Shown here: positions 36,969 through 45,880 of the stretch, piece by piece
Layout of the letters: every line of letters begins with the position of its first letter
Position numbering within the stretch: position 1 is the stretch's first letter
Assembly (NCBI GenBank): GCA_045803545.1
Contig: JBJMOW010000005.1
Coordinates: 1,516,220-1,580,219 of the forward strand
Length of the DNA stretch: 64,000 nucleotides
Direction: 5' to 3'
From: Gemmatimonadaceae bacterium
GTDB taxonomy: Bacteria > Gemmatimonadota > Gemmatimonadetes > Gemmatimonadales > Gemmatimonadaceae
Position numbers and translations under genes: made by a program
Notes under the pieces: model-generated
Told to the model about the DNA's origin: nothing
The model's database searches: none
The model's input: only the letters and a program-made list of their open reading frames with translations

Positions 36969-39410
36969 ATGACAAAGACTCGCTTGTCGTTCGCCGTCGC
37001 AGTTTTCTCCGCGCTAGTGCCGATCGCGCTCGCCGCGCAAGCCGGCAATCGTTACGTCTTCCTTGGCAACGTGCGCAGCTACGATCGAACGCCGTCCGGC
37101 GTAGTGGTGCACGCCGACAACGGCACCATGTCGATCGAAACAATCGCCGGAGTTGGCGCGCGCGTACGCACTCGGTTCGGCGGAGCGACCGCGACGTTTC
37201 CTGCGATTCACTCCGTCGCCACGGGTGATGTTGCACCGGGTCTCGGAACGGCAACGGTACGAGAGGCTGGTGACACGATTCTTGTCGCCGGTGAAGGCGT
37301 GGTTGTCCGCGTCGCAAGGAACCCGGCGCGGATCAGTGTCACTGATGCTGACGGTCGTGAGTTTTTCGCCGAGACATTCGGCGGCGGGACGTGGGAGAAT
37401 CGAATCACCCACATCGTCCGTGATCCCGGCCGCGTCGCCTACTATGGATTGGGCGAGCAGCCGATGCCGCTCATTCGGAACGGCAACGTCTATCCTCTCT
37501 GGAACACCGACGCGTTCGGATACGGAGTCGGGCAGATGCCGATCTACTCGTCGATTCCGTGGTACATCGGCGTCCGCGATGGTCGCTCGTACGGAATCCT
37601 CTACGACAATCCGTTCAAAGCCGAGTTTGATTTCGGGGCGCGAATGCGCGACGCAGTTGCGTACAACGCCGATGGAGGGATCGATGGCGGCGAGCTGCGC
37701 TACTACGTGATTCCGGGCCCTGGTCTCGATAGCACTCTCGCCCGCTACACTCGGCTCACCGGACGCACTTCGCTTCCACCGCGCTGGTCACTCGGCTATC
37801 ACCAGTCGCGCTACAGCTACTATCCCGACTCGATGGTCGAGAATCTCGCGCGCGAATTCCGGCGGCGCGACATCCCGGCCGATGTGATTCATCTCGACAT
37901 CCACTACATGAATGGTTATCGGGATTTCACTTTCGATCCGCAGCGCTTTCCGCAGCCCAAGCGGCTAATGGATACGCTCACCGCGGAGGGATTCAAGGTT
38001 GTCACCATCGTCGATCCTGGCCTCAAGATCGACAGCGCGTGGGCCGTGTACCGCGATGGTCTCGCGCGAAATGCGTACGTGACAATGCCGGATGGCAGTC
38101 CGTACGTGGCGATCGTTTGGCCGGGTCGCAGTGTGCTGCCGGATTTCTCGCGCGCCTCCGTGCGTCAGTGGTGGGGCGCGCAGCATAGCGCATTGGTTGA
38201 TGCCGGCGTGCGGGGAGTATGGAACGACATGAACGAGCCCGCGTCGTTCGGCGGCAAGACGATTCCCGACATCGCGCAGTTTGAGGGCGATGGTCATCCC
38301 GGTACTCATCTCGAGTACCACAATCAGTATGGCACGCTGATGGCGCGCGCTGCGTTCGAAGGTTTCAAAGCGTTGAGACCCGATCGGCGCCCGTTCATCA
38401 TCACACGCGCGGGCTACGCCGGTGTGCAGCGCTACGCGACGATCTGGACGGGCGACAACAACTCGACGTGGGATCATCTGCACGTATCGCTGCCGATGAT
38501 CATGGGACTTGGTCTCTCGGGGATTCCGTTCGCGGGCAGCGACATCGGTGGCTTCAATGGTGCGCCTGACGCCGAGCTCTACTCGAGATGGCTGCAAGCG
38601 GCATCGCTCGTTCCGTTCATGCGCACCCATGCAATGATCGAGACACCAAGGCGCGAGCCGTGGAGCTACGGCGCCGAGCACGAGCGCGCGAATCGCGCGA
38701 CAATAAGACTGCGGTATAGGATGATGCCAGCGTTGTACACAGCGTACGATCAGCACGTCCGCAACGGGTCGCCCGTCATACGCCCCATTTTCTGGAGCTC
38801 GCTGACCGATTCGACCGCGATGCTTACCGACGATGAGTTCATACTCGGCGATCATTTACTCGTCGCGCCGGTGGTGGAGCACAATCAAAACACGCGCGGC
38901 GTCTATCTACCGGCCGGCCGCTGGTATCGCGTTGGGAGCGGAGACGCGTACAACGGTGGTCAGCGCGTGACGGTGAACGCGCCGAGGGTAGAGAGTGATG
39001 GCGGCGACACGACGGCTCTGGTCGGACTGCCGGTGTTCGCGAGAGCGGGCGCGGTGATTCCGTCGGCGCCGGTGGTGAAGTACGAGGGGCAGCGGAAGAT
39101 CGACACGCTTACGCTCGACATCTATCCGGGAGCAGCGACGAGCGAGCTGTACGAAGATGCGGGTGACGGATACGCATACCAGCGTGGTGAATTCCGTCGC
39201 ACCACTTTCACGACGTCGGGACAATCGGTGACGATGTCGCGCACGGGAACGTATGCGGGAGTGAGAACTTTCAACATCATCATGCACGATGCAGCGCGTC
39301 CGCAGCGTGTAGTGGTCGACGGCCGGGCTGCGCGTTTCGATTACAACGATGCGCGTCGCGAGATCCGCGTGGTGATTCCGGCGACGGCCAAGTCAGTGCG
39401 CGTTGAGTGA
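36969..39410 (+). CDS. Secreted glycoside hydrolase family 31 (alpha-glucosidase-like)
   Basis: Signal peptide, motif GYHQSRYSY, WNDMNEP nucleophile, WTGDN and GSDIGGF. Confidence 0.95.
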   Translation: MTKTRLSFAVAVFSALVPIALAAQAGNRYVFLGNVRSYDRTPSGVVVHADNGTMSIETIAGVGARVRTRFGGATATFPAIHSVATGDVAPGLGTATVREAGDTILVAGEGVVVRVARNPARISVTDADGREFFAETFGGGTWENRITHIVRDPGRVAYYGLGEQPMPLIRNGNVYPLWNTDAFGYGVGQMPIYSSIPWYIGVRDGRSYGILYDNPFKAEFDFGARMRDAVAYNADGGIDGGELRYYVIPGPGLDSTLARYTRLTGRTSLPPRWSLGYHQSRYSYYPDSMVENLAREFRRRDIPADVIHLDIHYMNGYRDFTFDPQRFPQPKRLMDTLTAEGFKVVTIVDPGLKIDSAWAVYRDGLARNAYVTMPDGSPYVAIVWPGRSVLPDFSRASVRQWWGAQHSALVDAGVRGVWNDMNEPASFGGKTIPDIAQFEGDGHPGTHLEYHNQYGTLMARAAFEGFKALRPDRRPFIITRAGYAGVQRYATIWTGDNNSTWDHLHVSLPMIMGLGLSGIPFAGSDIGGFNGAPDAELYSRWLQAASLVPFMRTHAMIETPRREPWSYGAEHERANRATIRLRYRMMPALYTAYDQHVRNGSPVIRPIFWSSLTDSTAMLTDDEFILGDHLLVAPVVEHNQNTRGVYLPAGRWYRVGSGDAYNGGQRVTVNAPRVESDGGDTTALVGLPVFARAGAVIPSAPVVKYEGQRKIDTLTLDIYPGAATSELYEDAGDGYAYQRGEFRRTTFTTSGQSVTMSRTGTYAGVRTFNIIMHDAARPQRVVVDGRAARFDYNDARREIRVVIPATAKSVRVE

Positions 39411-39523
39411 AGCGACGAAATAGTTGACCTGTGCCAAGCGACTGTCCGGCGACATTTGCGAATCGCACAGCGGTTCTGCAAACTGCGGCAAAATGGCTGG
39501 TTTAGGGGTTTTCGCCTAGTGAG

Positions 39524-39770
39524 CTAACTAACGGCGAGCCAACGGGTTACGAAGATCACAGCCCTCTTTACCAACCTCATATAATGCCGGTTGCCTGCGT
39601 CGGGTTTGTTGGTCTTCATAGCGACGTGCCAAATCGCTTGGCACCCCGAAATTTTGAGGAGCGCTATCACACCAGCAACAAGAAGGACGAACGGTGTGAT
39701 TACGTGCACCTGATTCAGTTAGTTGGGTAGGAGAGAGACGGGGGCGCACTGGGGCGTCCCCGTTTTTTTT
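39524..39770 (+). ncRNA. Candidate structured non-coding RNA (alternatively a 48-aa ORF at 39584-39730)
   Basis: Several complementary segments, pairing ends and a strong terminator in an orphan intergenic stretch. I recognise no family. Confidence 0.35.
39738..39770 (+). terminator. Intrinsic terminator
   Basis: ACGGGGGCGC-actggg-GCGTCCCCGT followed by a T run. Confidence 0.85.
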
Positions 39771-39774
39771 GTGC

Positions 39775-39985
39775 AGCTGCGGACTGAGGGCTTAGAAGCG
39801 CAATACCGCACTGGTAGCTAATAGCAGCAGGCTGTTAGCTAATGGCTGCCTGCAACCAGAGAGATCTCATGGCATAGGGGCGAACAGAACGCCTTTCCTC
39901 TGACTCTAGCGCTATCTGTCCGTCGCCTGCAGCGAGTAGCCATCGGCTGCCATCAGCTGCCAGCGCGGTACTTATCAGTTCAGTC
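39775..39985. repeat. ~210-bp palindromic element (family B), copy 1
   Basis: Reverse-complement homolog of 42584-42806. Confidence 0.85.
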
Positions 39986-40004
39986 TGAAACCGGCGAGAT
40001 GCAG

Positions 40005-40367
40005 CTAGATCCCCAGCCACTCTCTCGCCTGTTCTGAGTCGCGAAATACCTGAATCGTCTGCCCCAGTCCCTCAGCCCTCAACGCGAACATGCGGGCCAT
40101 GCCGAAGACGGCGTCGTCGGTGGCGACGAAGGCGCGACGAGTGCCGGGCTCGAAGAATTGATCCAGCGATGTTTCGTTGATCATGCTGGTGCTGACGCCG
40201 ATGCTCGTGATGCCCGTCATGTCGACCAGCTGCTGGTACGTGGGATCGAACTTCGGATCTGTGCGCAGTGTTCTGTTGTGCTCGAGTATCTCGGGGTCCG
40301 TGACTGCACCCCAGATGCGAGTCGTGACGAGCCGTCGCTGAGGATCGATTTCGTATGAACCTGGCAA
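40005..40367 (-). CDS. Hypothetical protein, STAS/SpoIIAA-like
   Basis: Motif RRAFVA.DD.VFGMARMF...QVFRD..QAREWL. Confidence 0.7.
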   Translation of the reverse strand: MPGSYEIDPQRRLVTTRIWGAVTDPEILEHNRTLRTDPKFDPTYQQLVDMTGITSIGVSTSMINETSLDQFFEPGTRRAFVATDDAVFGMARMFALRAEGLGQTIQVFRDSEQAREWLGI

Positions 40368-40536
40368 CTCTCTCTCAGGTAGGTGGGACGAATAGAACGG
40401 CGGTGGAAAGAGTCATTGTAGTGGAGGTGCGTTGGGCGCGCATCCCGTCATCTGTTTCTTCTCGAACTTAATTCGCTTTGCTCGCCCGCCGCTTTCGTTT
40501 GCAGCAAGACCGCAAACGCACACCCTCCCCGGCAAT

Positions 40537-41469
40537 ATGTCTAACTTGGCGACTGTGATGCGACAACTCGTGGAGATGAACATCGGCGATCAAGCCGACC
40601 TCGCGCGCCTGCAGCTGCGCGGGGGCGTGCCGCACATCGTCACCACGCGCGCTTTCGACTGGCCCGGCATTCGACTGGAAGCCGGAATGAACAACATCGT
40701 CAGTGTCGACGAAGTCTCCGGAATGCATCACTACGTGTCGATGAATCTAGACGACAGGCCGGTCACGCTCGAAGTAAAGGAACAGGGAGTATTCCGTCGC
40801 GTCGTCTTGCGTCGCGGTACGGCGTGGTTCGTCCCTGCGGGCGACGACGTCACGGTGCGCGTCAACAGCAATTTCCGTTACATCCGGATATCGATCGATC
40901 CGATCTACTTCTCGCGCCTCGTCGGCCGCTCGGACAGCGCGCCGATCGAGCTGCACCGCAACTATTGCATCGCAAAATCACAGATCGGACACATCCTGGA
41001 TGCGTTGGTCGCGGAAGCCGATGCGGGTAACCCGGGAGGACTCGCATTCGTCGAGGCGCTGGCAACCGGACTCAGCCATCAGATCACGCTGCACGCCGCG
41101 GAACCGGAGCGCGTGGACAAGTTGCGCGGCGGACTTACGAGTGCGGCGAAGCGTCGCACTCTCGAGATCATGGAAGCACATCTCGGCGCGCACCTGACGG
41201 TGGAGCTGCTGGCGCATGAAGTGGGCTTGTCACCCGCGCATTTCTCGCGCGCGTTCAAGGAGACGATTGGACGTGCGCCGCATCGTTATCTGTTGACGAT
41301 GAGACTGGAGAAAGCGCGGCGACTGCTCGAGAAACCCGACGTCTCTCTATCGGATGTCGCCCAGCGTACCGGCTTCTCCGATCAGGCACACCTGACTCGT
41401 CTGTTCAAGCGAGAGTTTGGAACGACACCGGGGTCCGTTCTGCGCGCGCGTATCAAAGCTTCGAACTGA
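40537..41469 (+). CDS. AraC-family transcriptional regulator
   Basis: Motifs LA.EVGLSPAHFSRAFK and VAQRTGFSDQAHLTRLFKR.FG.TP. Confidence 0.93.
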   Translation: MSNLATVMRQLVEMNIGDQADLARLQLRGGVPHIVTTRAFDWPGIRLEAGMNNIVSVDEVSGMHHYVSMNLDDRPVTLEVKEQGVFRRVVLRRGTAWFVPAGDDVTVRVNSNFRYIRISIDPIYFSRLVGRSDSAPIELHRNYCIAKSQIGHILDALVAEADAGNPGGLAFVEALATGLSHQITLHAAEPERVDKLRGGLTSAAKRRTLEIMEAHLGAHLTVELLAHEVGLSPAHFSRAFKETIGRAPHRYLLTMRLEKARRLLEKPDVSLSDVAQRTGFSDQAHLTRLFKREFGTTPGSVLRARIKASN

Positions 41470-41613
41470 AGCGTCGCGCCAGGGCCATCACGTTTTCGGC
41501 GGCCTCAAACAGCATCTTCCTTCAAAAAGTCGCAACGCAATCATTCAAGACACCGCCGCGCGTGCGAGCGAGATTGCGCAGGTCAACAATCACCCCAGAA
41601 CGCGGACGTATAT

Positions 41614-41982
41614 ATGATGAGAACAATCCTGGCAGCATCGCTGGTACTCGGGATCGCTGCATGCGGTGGTGCCGGTGGCTATGGCGGAACGGTCGCACCT
41701 CCTCCGCCTCCCCCGCCGCCTCCTTCCGGAACGGTGGACGCGAACACCAACGACACCTTCAACCCGCGCCAGACGACGATCCGAGCGGGTAGCACGGTGA
41801 CGTTTGTATTCAAAGCGGTCGGCCACAACGTCAACTTCGACACCCAGAACGCGGGCACGCCCGCGGACATTGGCGGCGTGAACGCCAACATATCGGTGCA
41901 GCGCACGTTCAACGTCGCCGGCACATATCAGTACCACTGCAATATCCACCCGGGCATGAGCGGCTCGGTGGTCGTACAATGA
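41614..41982 (+). CDS. Plastocyanin/cupredoxin lipoprotein
   Basis: Lipobox IAAC, poly-Pro linker, and type-1 Cu ligands GHNV...YHCNIHPGM. Confidence 0.9.
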   Translation: MMRTILAASLVLGIAACGGAGGYGGTVAPPPPPPPPPSGTVDANTNDTFNPRQTTIRAGSTVTFVFKAVGHNVNFDTQNAGTPADIGGVNANISVQRTFNVAGTYQYHCNIHPGMSGSVVVQ

Positions 41983-42581
41983 TGCTCAGCGAACAGGACG
42001 CGATCGTCGATTACGCTCAGGACGTGTCCGTTCGGGTAATCGCCGCACCGGAGTTGGTTCAGGTCCTCAACGATCTGACCGAACGGCTGGTGGAGACAGT
42101 CAACGACGGGTCGCCACTCGGCTTCATGACGCCAATCGACAGCGACATGGCGCGCGATTATTGGATCTCAATGCTTCCCGACTTGCGCTCGGGCAAGCGG
42201 GTCCTGCTCGTCGCCATGTCGGAAGGCATTGTGCTTGGCAGCGCACAGTTGGTGCCTTCGCACCGGGCCAACTCTCCCCATCGCGCGGAGATTGAAAAGG
42301 TATTCGTGAACCGCGCGGTGCGGAAAATGGGAGTCGGTTCGGCGTTGATGAAAGCGATCGAATCGCTCGCTCTGCATTATGGTCGCACGCTGTTGTTGCT
42401 CAATACGCGGCAGGACCAGCCCGCACATAACTGGTACAGGTCGCTTGGCTATAGCGACGCCGGCGTTGTGCCGGGTTGGACGATCGGCCCGAATGGCGAG
42501 CAGTACGATCACGTCACGATGTATAAGCACCTCGATTCATCGACGGCGGAGGGGGAGGTACGATCACGCCGCCATGTTTAA
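41979..42581 (+). CDS. GNAT N-acetyltransferase
   Basis: Motifs HRAEIEKVFV, RKMGVGSALM and WYRSLGY. Confidence 0.88.
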   Translation: MMLSEQDAIVDYAQDVSVRVIAAPELVQVLNDLTERLVETVNDGSPLGFMTPIDSDMARDYWISMLPDLRSGKRVLLVAMSEGIVLGSAQLVPSHRANSPHRAEIEKVFVNRAVRKMGVGSALMKAIESLALHYGRTLLLLNTRQDQPAHNWYRSLGYSDAGVVPGWTIGPNGEQYDHVTMYKHLDSSTAEGEVRSRRHV

Positions 42582-42583
42582 AG

Positions 42584-42806
42584 AGCTGCGGAGCAAGGAC
42601 TGAACGGATAAGTACCGCGCTGATAGCTGATGGCAGCTAGCTGCTAGCTATTGGCTGCAAGCGTCGGGACAGGTCGGTGTTGATCTAGAGGAAACGCGTT
42701 CAGTCCGCGTTCATGCCATGAGATCTGTCTGGTTGCAGGCGGCCATTAGCTATCAGCCTGCTGCCATCAGCTACAAGCGCGGGTTTTCAGTCCTCAGTCC
42801 GCAGCT
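42584..42806. repeat. ~220-bp palindromic element (family B), copy 2
   Basis: Ends AGCTGCGGA/TCCGCAGCT. Heptamer-periodic arms (GCTGATA GCTGATG GCAGCTA GCTGCTA GCTATTG). Lies between convergent genes. Confidence 0.85.
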
Positions 42807-44055
42807 ACTTTGCCCGCCACTCCACCACGGGCGCGTCCTCAATCGCCCCCATCACCGCATTCCCAATATCTCGCCGAAGCGCCTCGTGACGCAGGTTCGC
42901 GCGAGTGGGATTCACGCGGTTGGTAAGTAGCACTACGAACACCCCGCGCTCGGGATCCATCCAGATGCTGGTGCCTGTGAATCCAGTGTGGCCGAATGAG
43001 CGGGGAGAAAAAAAGCGGCCGGCGCTGGAGTTCTCGCTGGGCGTATCCCAACCGAGGGCGCGGCTCGATTTGTTCGATTGGCGCGCGGTCCAGCGTGCGA
43101 CCGTCGTCGGCTGAATCAATCGCACACCGTTGTACTCTCCGCCGTTGAGCATCATCTGGGAGAAGACTGCGGCGTCGCGCGCGGATGAGAACAGGCCGGC
43201 GTGGCCGGCGACTCCGCCGAGCGCGCACGCGTTCTCGTCGTGGACGATGCCGTGGATTTTGATGTGGCGGAACGCGGTGTCCATCTCGGTGACCGCGATG
43301 CGAGTTAGTGTCGGATTGTCCCGCCGAAAGGGCGCGGTGCAGATGCTGTCGGGCGGAACTGGTCCAAGCGGATTGAATCCGGTGTCGTGCATGCCGAGTG
43401 GCTGCCAGATGCGCGTTGCGGTGAACTGATCGAGCGTCATGCCGCTGATTCGCTCGACGATGAGTCCGGCGAGAATGAAATCCCAATCACTGTAGATGGT
43501 ACTGTCGCCGGGATTGTAAACGAGCGGCCGGGTGTTGATTTGCGCGAGGTAGTCGGCTCGCCCCTTGTGCTCCCGCCACAGCGCAGCGAACGCCTCGAAG
43601 CCGGCGCTGTGAGTGATGATCTGGCGGACGGTGATCTTCGCTTTCGTCGAGTCGGTCAGCTCCGGGATGTAAGAACGAACGGTTGAATCGAGGTTGAGCC
43701 TGCCTTCATCCTCGAGCATCATCAGCGCCGTCGTCGTCGCCACGACTTTGGTCAGCGACGCCATGTCGAACATCGTCGAGTCGCTGACGGGCGGAGAATC
43801 ATTCGTGTTATCGATGTGGCCGTATGCCTTGAGATGCACGAGCCGGCCGTATCTACCGACGGCGAGCGCGACTCCGGGTGCGGCACCCTCCGCCATCGCG
43901 ACGGTGACGATGGAGTCTAGGCGGGCATTTAGATCACGCAGCATGTAGACGGCCGCTGGTTCAGCGCGAGTGAGAATCGGGAGTGCTGTGAGATGCAATT
44001 GGGGGTGCGTCGTAGCGCAGGCGACGAGGATCAGGCAGAGGGCGAGGTTTCTCAT
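42805..44055 (-). CDS. Serine hydrolase, beta-lactamase/AmpC-like lipoprotein
   Basis: Motifs SLTK (SxxK), YSD, GHAGLFS and GHTGFTG. Confidence 0.9.
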   Translation of the reverse strand: MRNLALCLILVACATTHPQLHLTALPILTRAEPAAVYMLRDLNARLDSIVTVAMAEGAAPGVALAVGRYGRLVHLKAYGHIDNTNDSPPVSDSTMFDMASLTKVVATTTALMMLEDEGRLNLDSTVRSYIPELTDSTKAKITVRQIITHSAGFEAFAALWREHKGRADYLAQINTRPLVYNPGDSTIYSDWDFILAGLIVERISGMTLDQFTATRIWQPLGMHDTGFNPLGPVPPDSICTAPFRRDNPTLTRIAVTEMDTAFRHIKIHGIVHDENACALGGVAGHAGLFSSARDAAVFSQMMLNGGEYNGVRLIQPTTVARWTARQSNKSSRALGWDTPSENSSAGRFFSPRSFGHTGFTGTSIWMDPERGVFVVLLTNRVNPTRANLRHEALRRDIGNAVMGAIEDAPVVEWRAK

Positions 44056-44059
44056 TGAG

Positions 44060-44118
44060 GACCGAGGGCTTGGACTAACGGCATCGACAATCGCTGACTA
44101 ATTGAGAATCGAGGACGA
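44060..44118. repeat. Family A half-element
   Basis: GACCGAGGGCTTGGACTAACGGCATCGACAATCGCTGACTAATTGAGAATCGAGGAC. Confidence 0.7.
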
Positions 44119-44137
44119 CTGTTGGGATGGTGAATCC

Positions 44138-44296
44138 GAGTTTCGAGCTAAGTCCGAGATACGAACCTACTGCGAAATACGAACCTAGTGCGAAATACGA
44201 ACCTACTGCGAAATACGAGCTCTTTGCATTTCAAAGCGCGTCCAACGTGGCTCGCATCTCGAAATAGGCTCGTAATTCGGTCTTAGCTCGCACCTC
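44138..44296. repeat. Imperfect palindrome containing an 18-bp tandem repeat (CGAAATACGAACCTA[CG]TG, 3.5 copies at 44155-44217)
   Basis: Units start at 44155, 44173, 44191 and 44209. CGAGCTAAG.CCGA..TACGA.CCTA pairs with TAGGCTCGTAATTCGGTCTTAGCTCG. Confidence 0.85.
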
Positions 44297-44346
44297 AGTC
44301 TCATTCCTCATTGGCGAACCCTTGCCAGCCCAGTGATTCCCCTCGC

Positions 44347-45810
44347 ATGATTTCCTCCATGATTACCTCAACTCTGCGGCTCACCTGCCTCGTCGCGCTG
44401 ACAGTCACTGGCTTCGCCGGCTATCAACAAAGCGCCCCCAGAGCCAGAACCGAAAACGGCACCGTCCAGGGCGTTGTCGATTCTGCATCTGGCATCCTCG
44501 TCTTCCGTGGAATCCCATACGCCGCGCCACCAGTCGCAGATCTGCGCTGGCGCGCGCCTCGTCCCGCTGCAAACTGGTCGGGAGTGCGGGACGCGAGCAA
44601 GCTCGGCCACAACTGCATGCAGCATCAGCCGTACGATGACATCGATCCGTTCACTGCCGGCGTCTCAGAAGATTGTCTCTACCTGAACGTGTGGACTTCG
44701 TCGCTCACTCCGAAAGTGAAGCGACCCGTGATGGTGTGGATCCACGGCGGCGGATTCTGGGCCGGGTTCGGCGGCGAAGAACGACACAACGGTGCGCCGC
44801 TCGCAAAAAAGGGCGCGGTCGTCGTCACGCTCAACTATCGTCTCGGTGCGTTTGGGTTCCTCGCGCATCCTGCGCTCGCCGGCAGCTCCCGTGATCCCAT
44901 CGGCAACTTCGGCCTGCTCGATCAGATCGCCGCACTCAAATGGGTAAAGCACAACATCGCTCGCTTCGGCGGTGATCCGAATCGCGTCACCATCTTCGGC
45001 GAGTCGGCCGGCGGCATGAGCGTTGGCTCCCTGATCGCATCGCCACTCGCCAAAGGACTCTTCCAGCGCGCCATCCTCGAGAGCGGCACCGGAGTCAGCG
45101 GACTCGGCGTCTTTACGCGTGACACCGCGCAGGCGATCGCTACAAAATTCGTCGATTCGCTCCACCTCACGGGCAGCGGCGCCGATCTCGCGAGGCAGCT
45201 CCGCGGCGCGGACGCGAAGGATGTGCTGAACGCTTCGCTTCATCTCGGCCCAGCGTACTCGCCCAGGTTCTTCCCAGTCGTCGACGGCACTGTGCTGCCG
45301 CACGCTGTCGACACTGCATTGATGAATGGAACTGCCAATCTCGTTCCCGTGATCGTCGGCACCAATCGCGATGAAGGCGATGAGTGGATGGCTGCGCCAT
45401 CGCGCGCATTTGCGCGGCTCGTCACATCGCACAACGTGCCCGCCTACCTCTACATCTTCTCACGCGTCGGAGCTGACAGCGTCAATCAGAAACGCGGCGC
45501 ATACCACAGCGCAGAGATCACCTTCGTCTTCGGTCGGCCGACGCCCCTTCAGCCCAGTGCGGGCACGACGTCGTACGACGCAACAGTCGCCGATGCGATG
45601 AGCGATTACTGGGTCGCGTTCGCGAGCTCGGCGAATCCCAATGCGGCGCCGGCCCGCGGCAAGTGGCCGATGTGGCCGAAGTACGACCCGAAGACCGATG
45701 CGCTGCTGGAGATTGGCGCGGACATCGGCGCGCGCACCAACTTCAAGCGGGCTGTCTATGACTCGCTAGATGCGATTGCGCGCTCGCGTGGCAGGTTGCG
45801 GCCAGACTGA
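44347..45810 (+). CDS. Carboxylesterase type B (secreted)
   Basis: Motifs FRGIPYAAPP, SEDCLYLNVW, WIHGGG and GESAG. Confidence 0.95.
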   Translation: MISSMITSTLRLTCLVALTVTGFAGYQQSAPRARTENGTVQGVVDSASGILVFRGIPYAAPPVADLRWRAPRPAANWSGVRDASKLGHNCMQHQPYDDIDPFTAGVSEDCLYLNVWTSSLTPKVKRPVMVWIHGGGFWAGFGGEERHNGAPLAKKGAVVVTLNYRLGAFGFLAHPALAGSSRDPIGNFGLLDQIAALKWVKHNIARFGGDPNRVTIFGESAGGMSVGSLIASPLAKGLFQRAILESGTGVSGLGVFTRDTAQAIATKFVDSLHLTGSGADLARQLRGADAKDVLNASLHLGPAYSPRFFPVVDGTVLPHAVDTALMNGTANLVPVIVGTNRDEGDEWMAAPSRAFARLVTSHNVPAYLYIFSRVGADSVNQKRGAYHSAEITFVFGRPTPLQPSAGTTSYDATVADAMSDYWVAFASSANPNAAPARGKWPMWPKYDPKTDALLEIGADIGARTNFKRAVYDSLDAIARSRGRLRPD

Positions 45811-45823
45811 CCGCGGCCTGGTT

Positions 45824-45873
45824 GACCGCCCGAGGACAAACGGCATCTATGATCGCGCACTAAGTGAGGATCG
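45824..45873. repeat. Family A half-element
   Basis: GCCCGAGGACAAACGGCATCTATGATCGCGCACTAAGTGAGGATCG. Its GAGGA may serve as the RBS for 45881. Confidence 0.7.
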
Positions 45874-45880
45874 ACGACGT

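Noticed and set aside
39835..42930. Short ORFs sharing MRS.WLQAAIS (39835-40020 and 42718-42930)
   Set aside because: The similarity is explained by the family B DNA repeat. ORF boundaries are not conserved between the copies.
42805..44055. Bona fide beta-lactam resistance gene controlled by the BlaI module
   Set aside because: The motifs (YSD, GHAGLFS) fit general serine hydrolases/esterases, the gene is 23 kb from BlaI, and I saw no TGCTA-N6-TAGCA operator upstream.
44155..44217. Possible CRISPR array
   Set aside because: The 18-bp units are contiguous with no spacers, and no cas genes are present.
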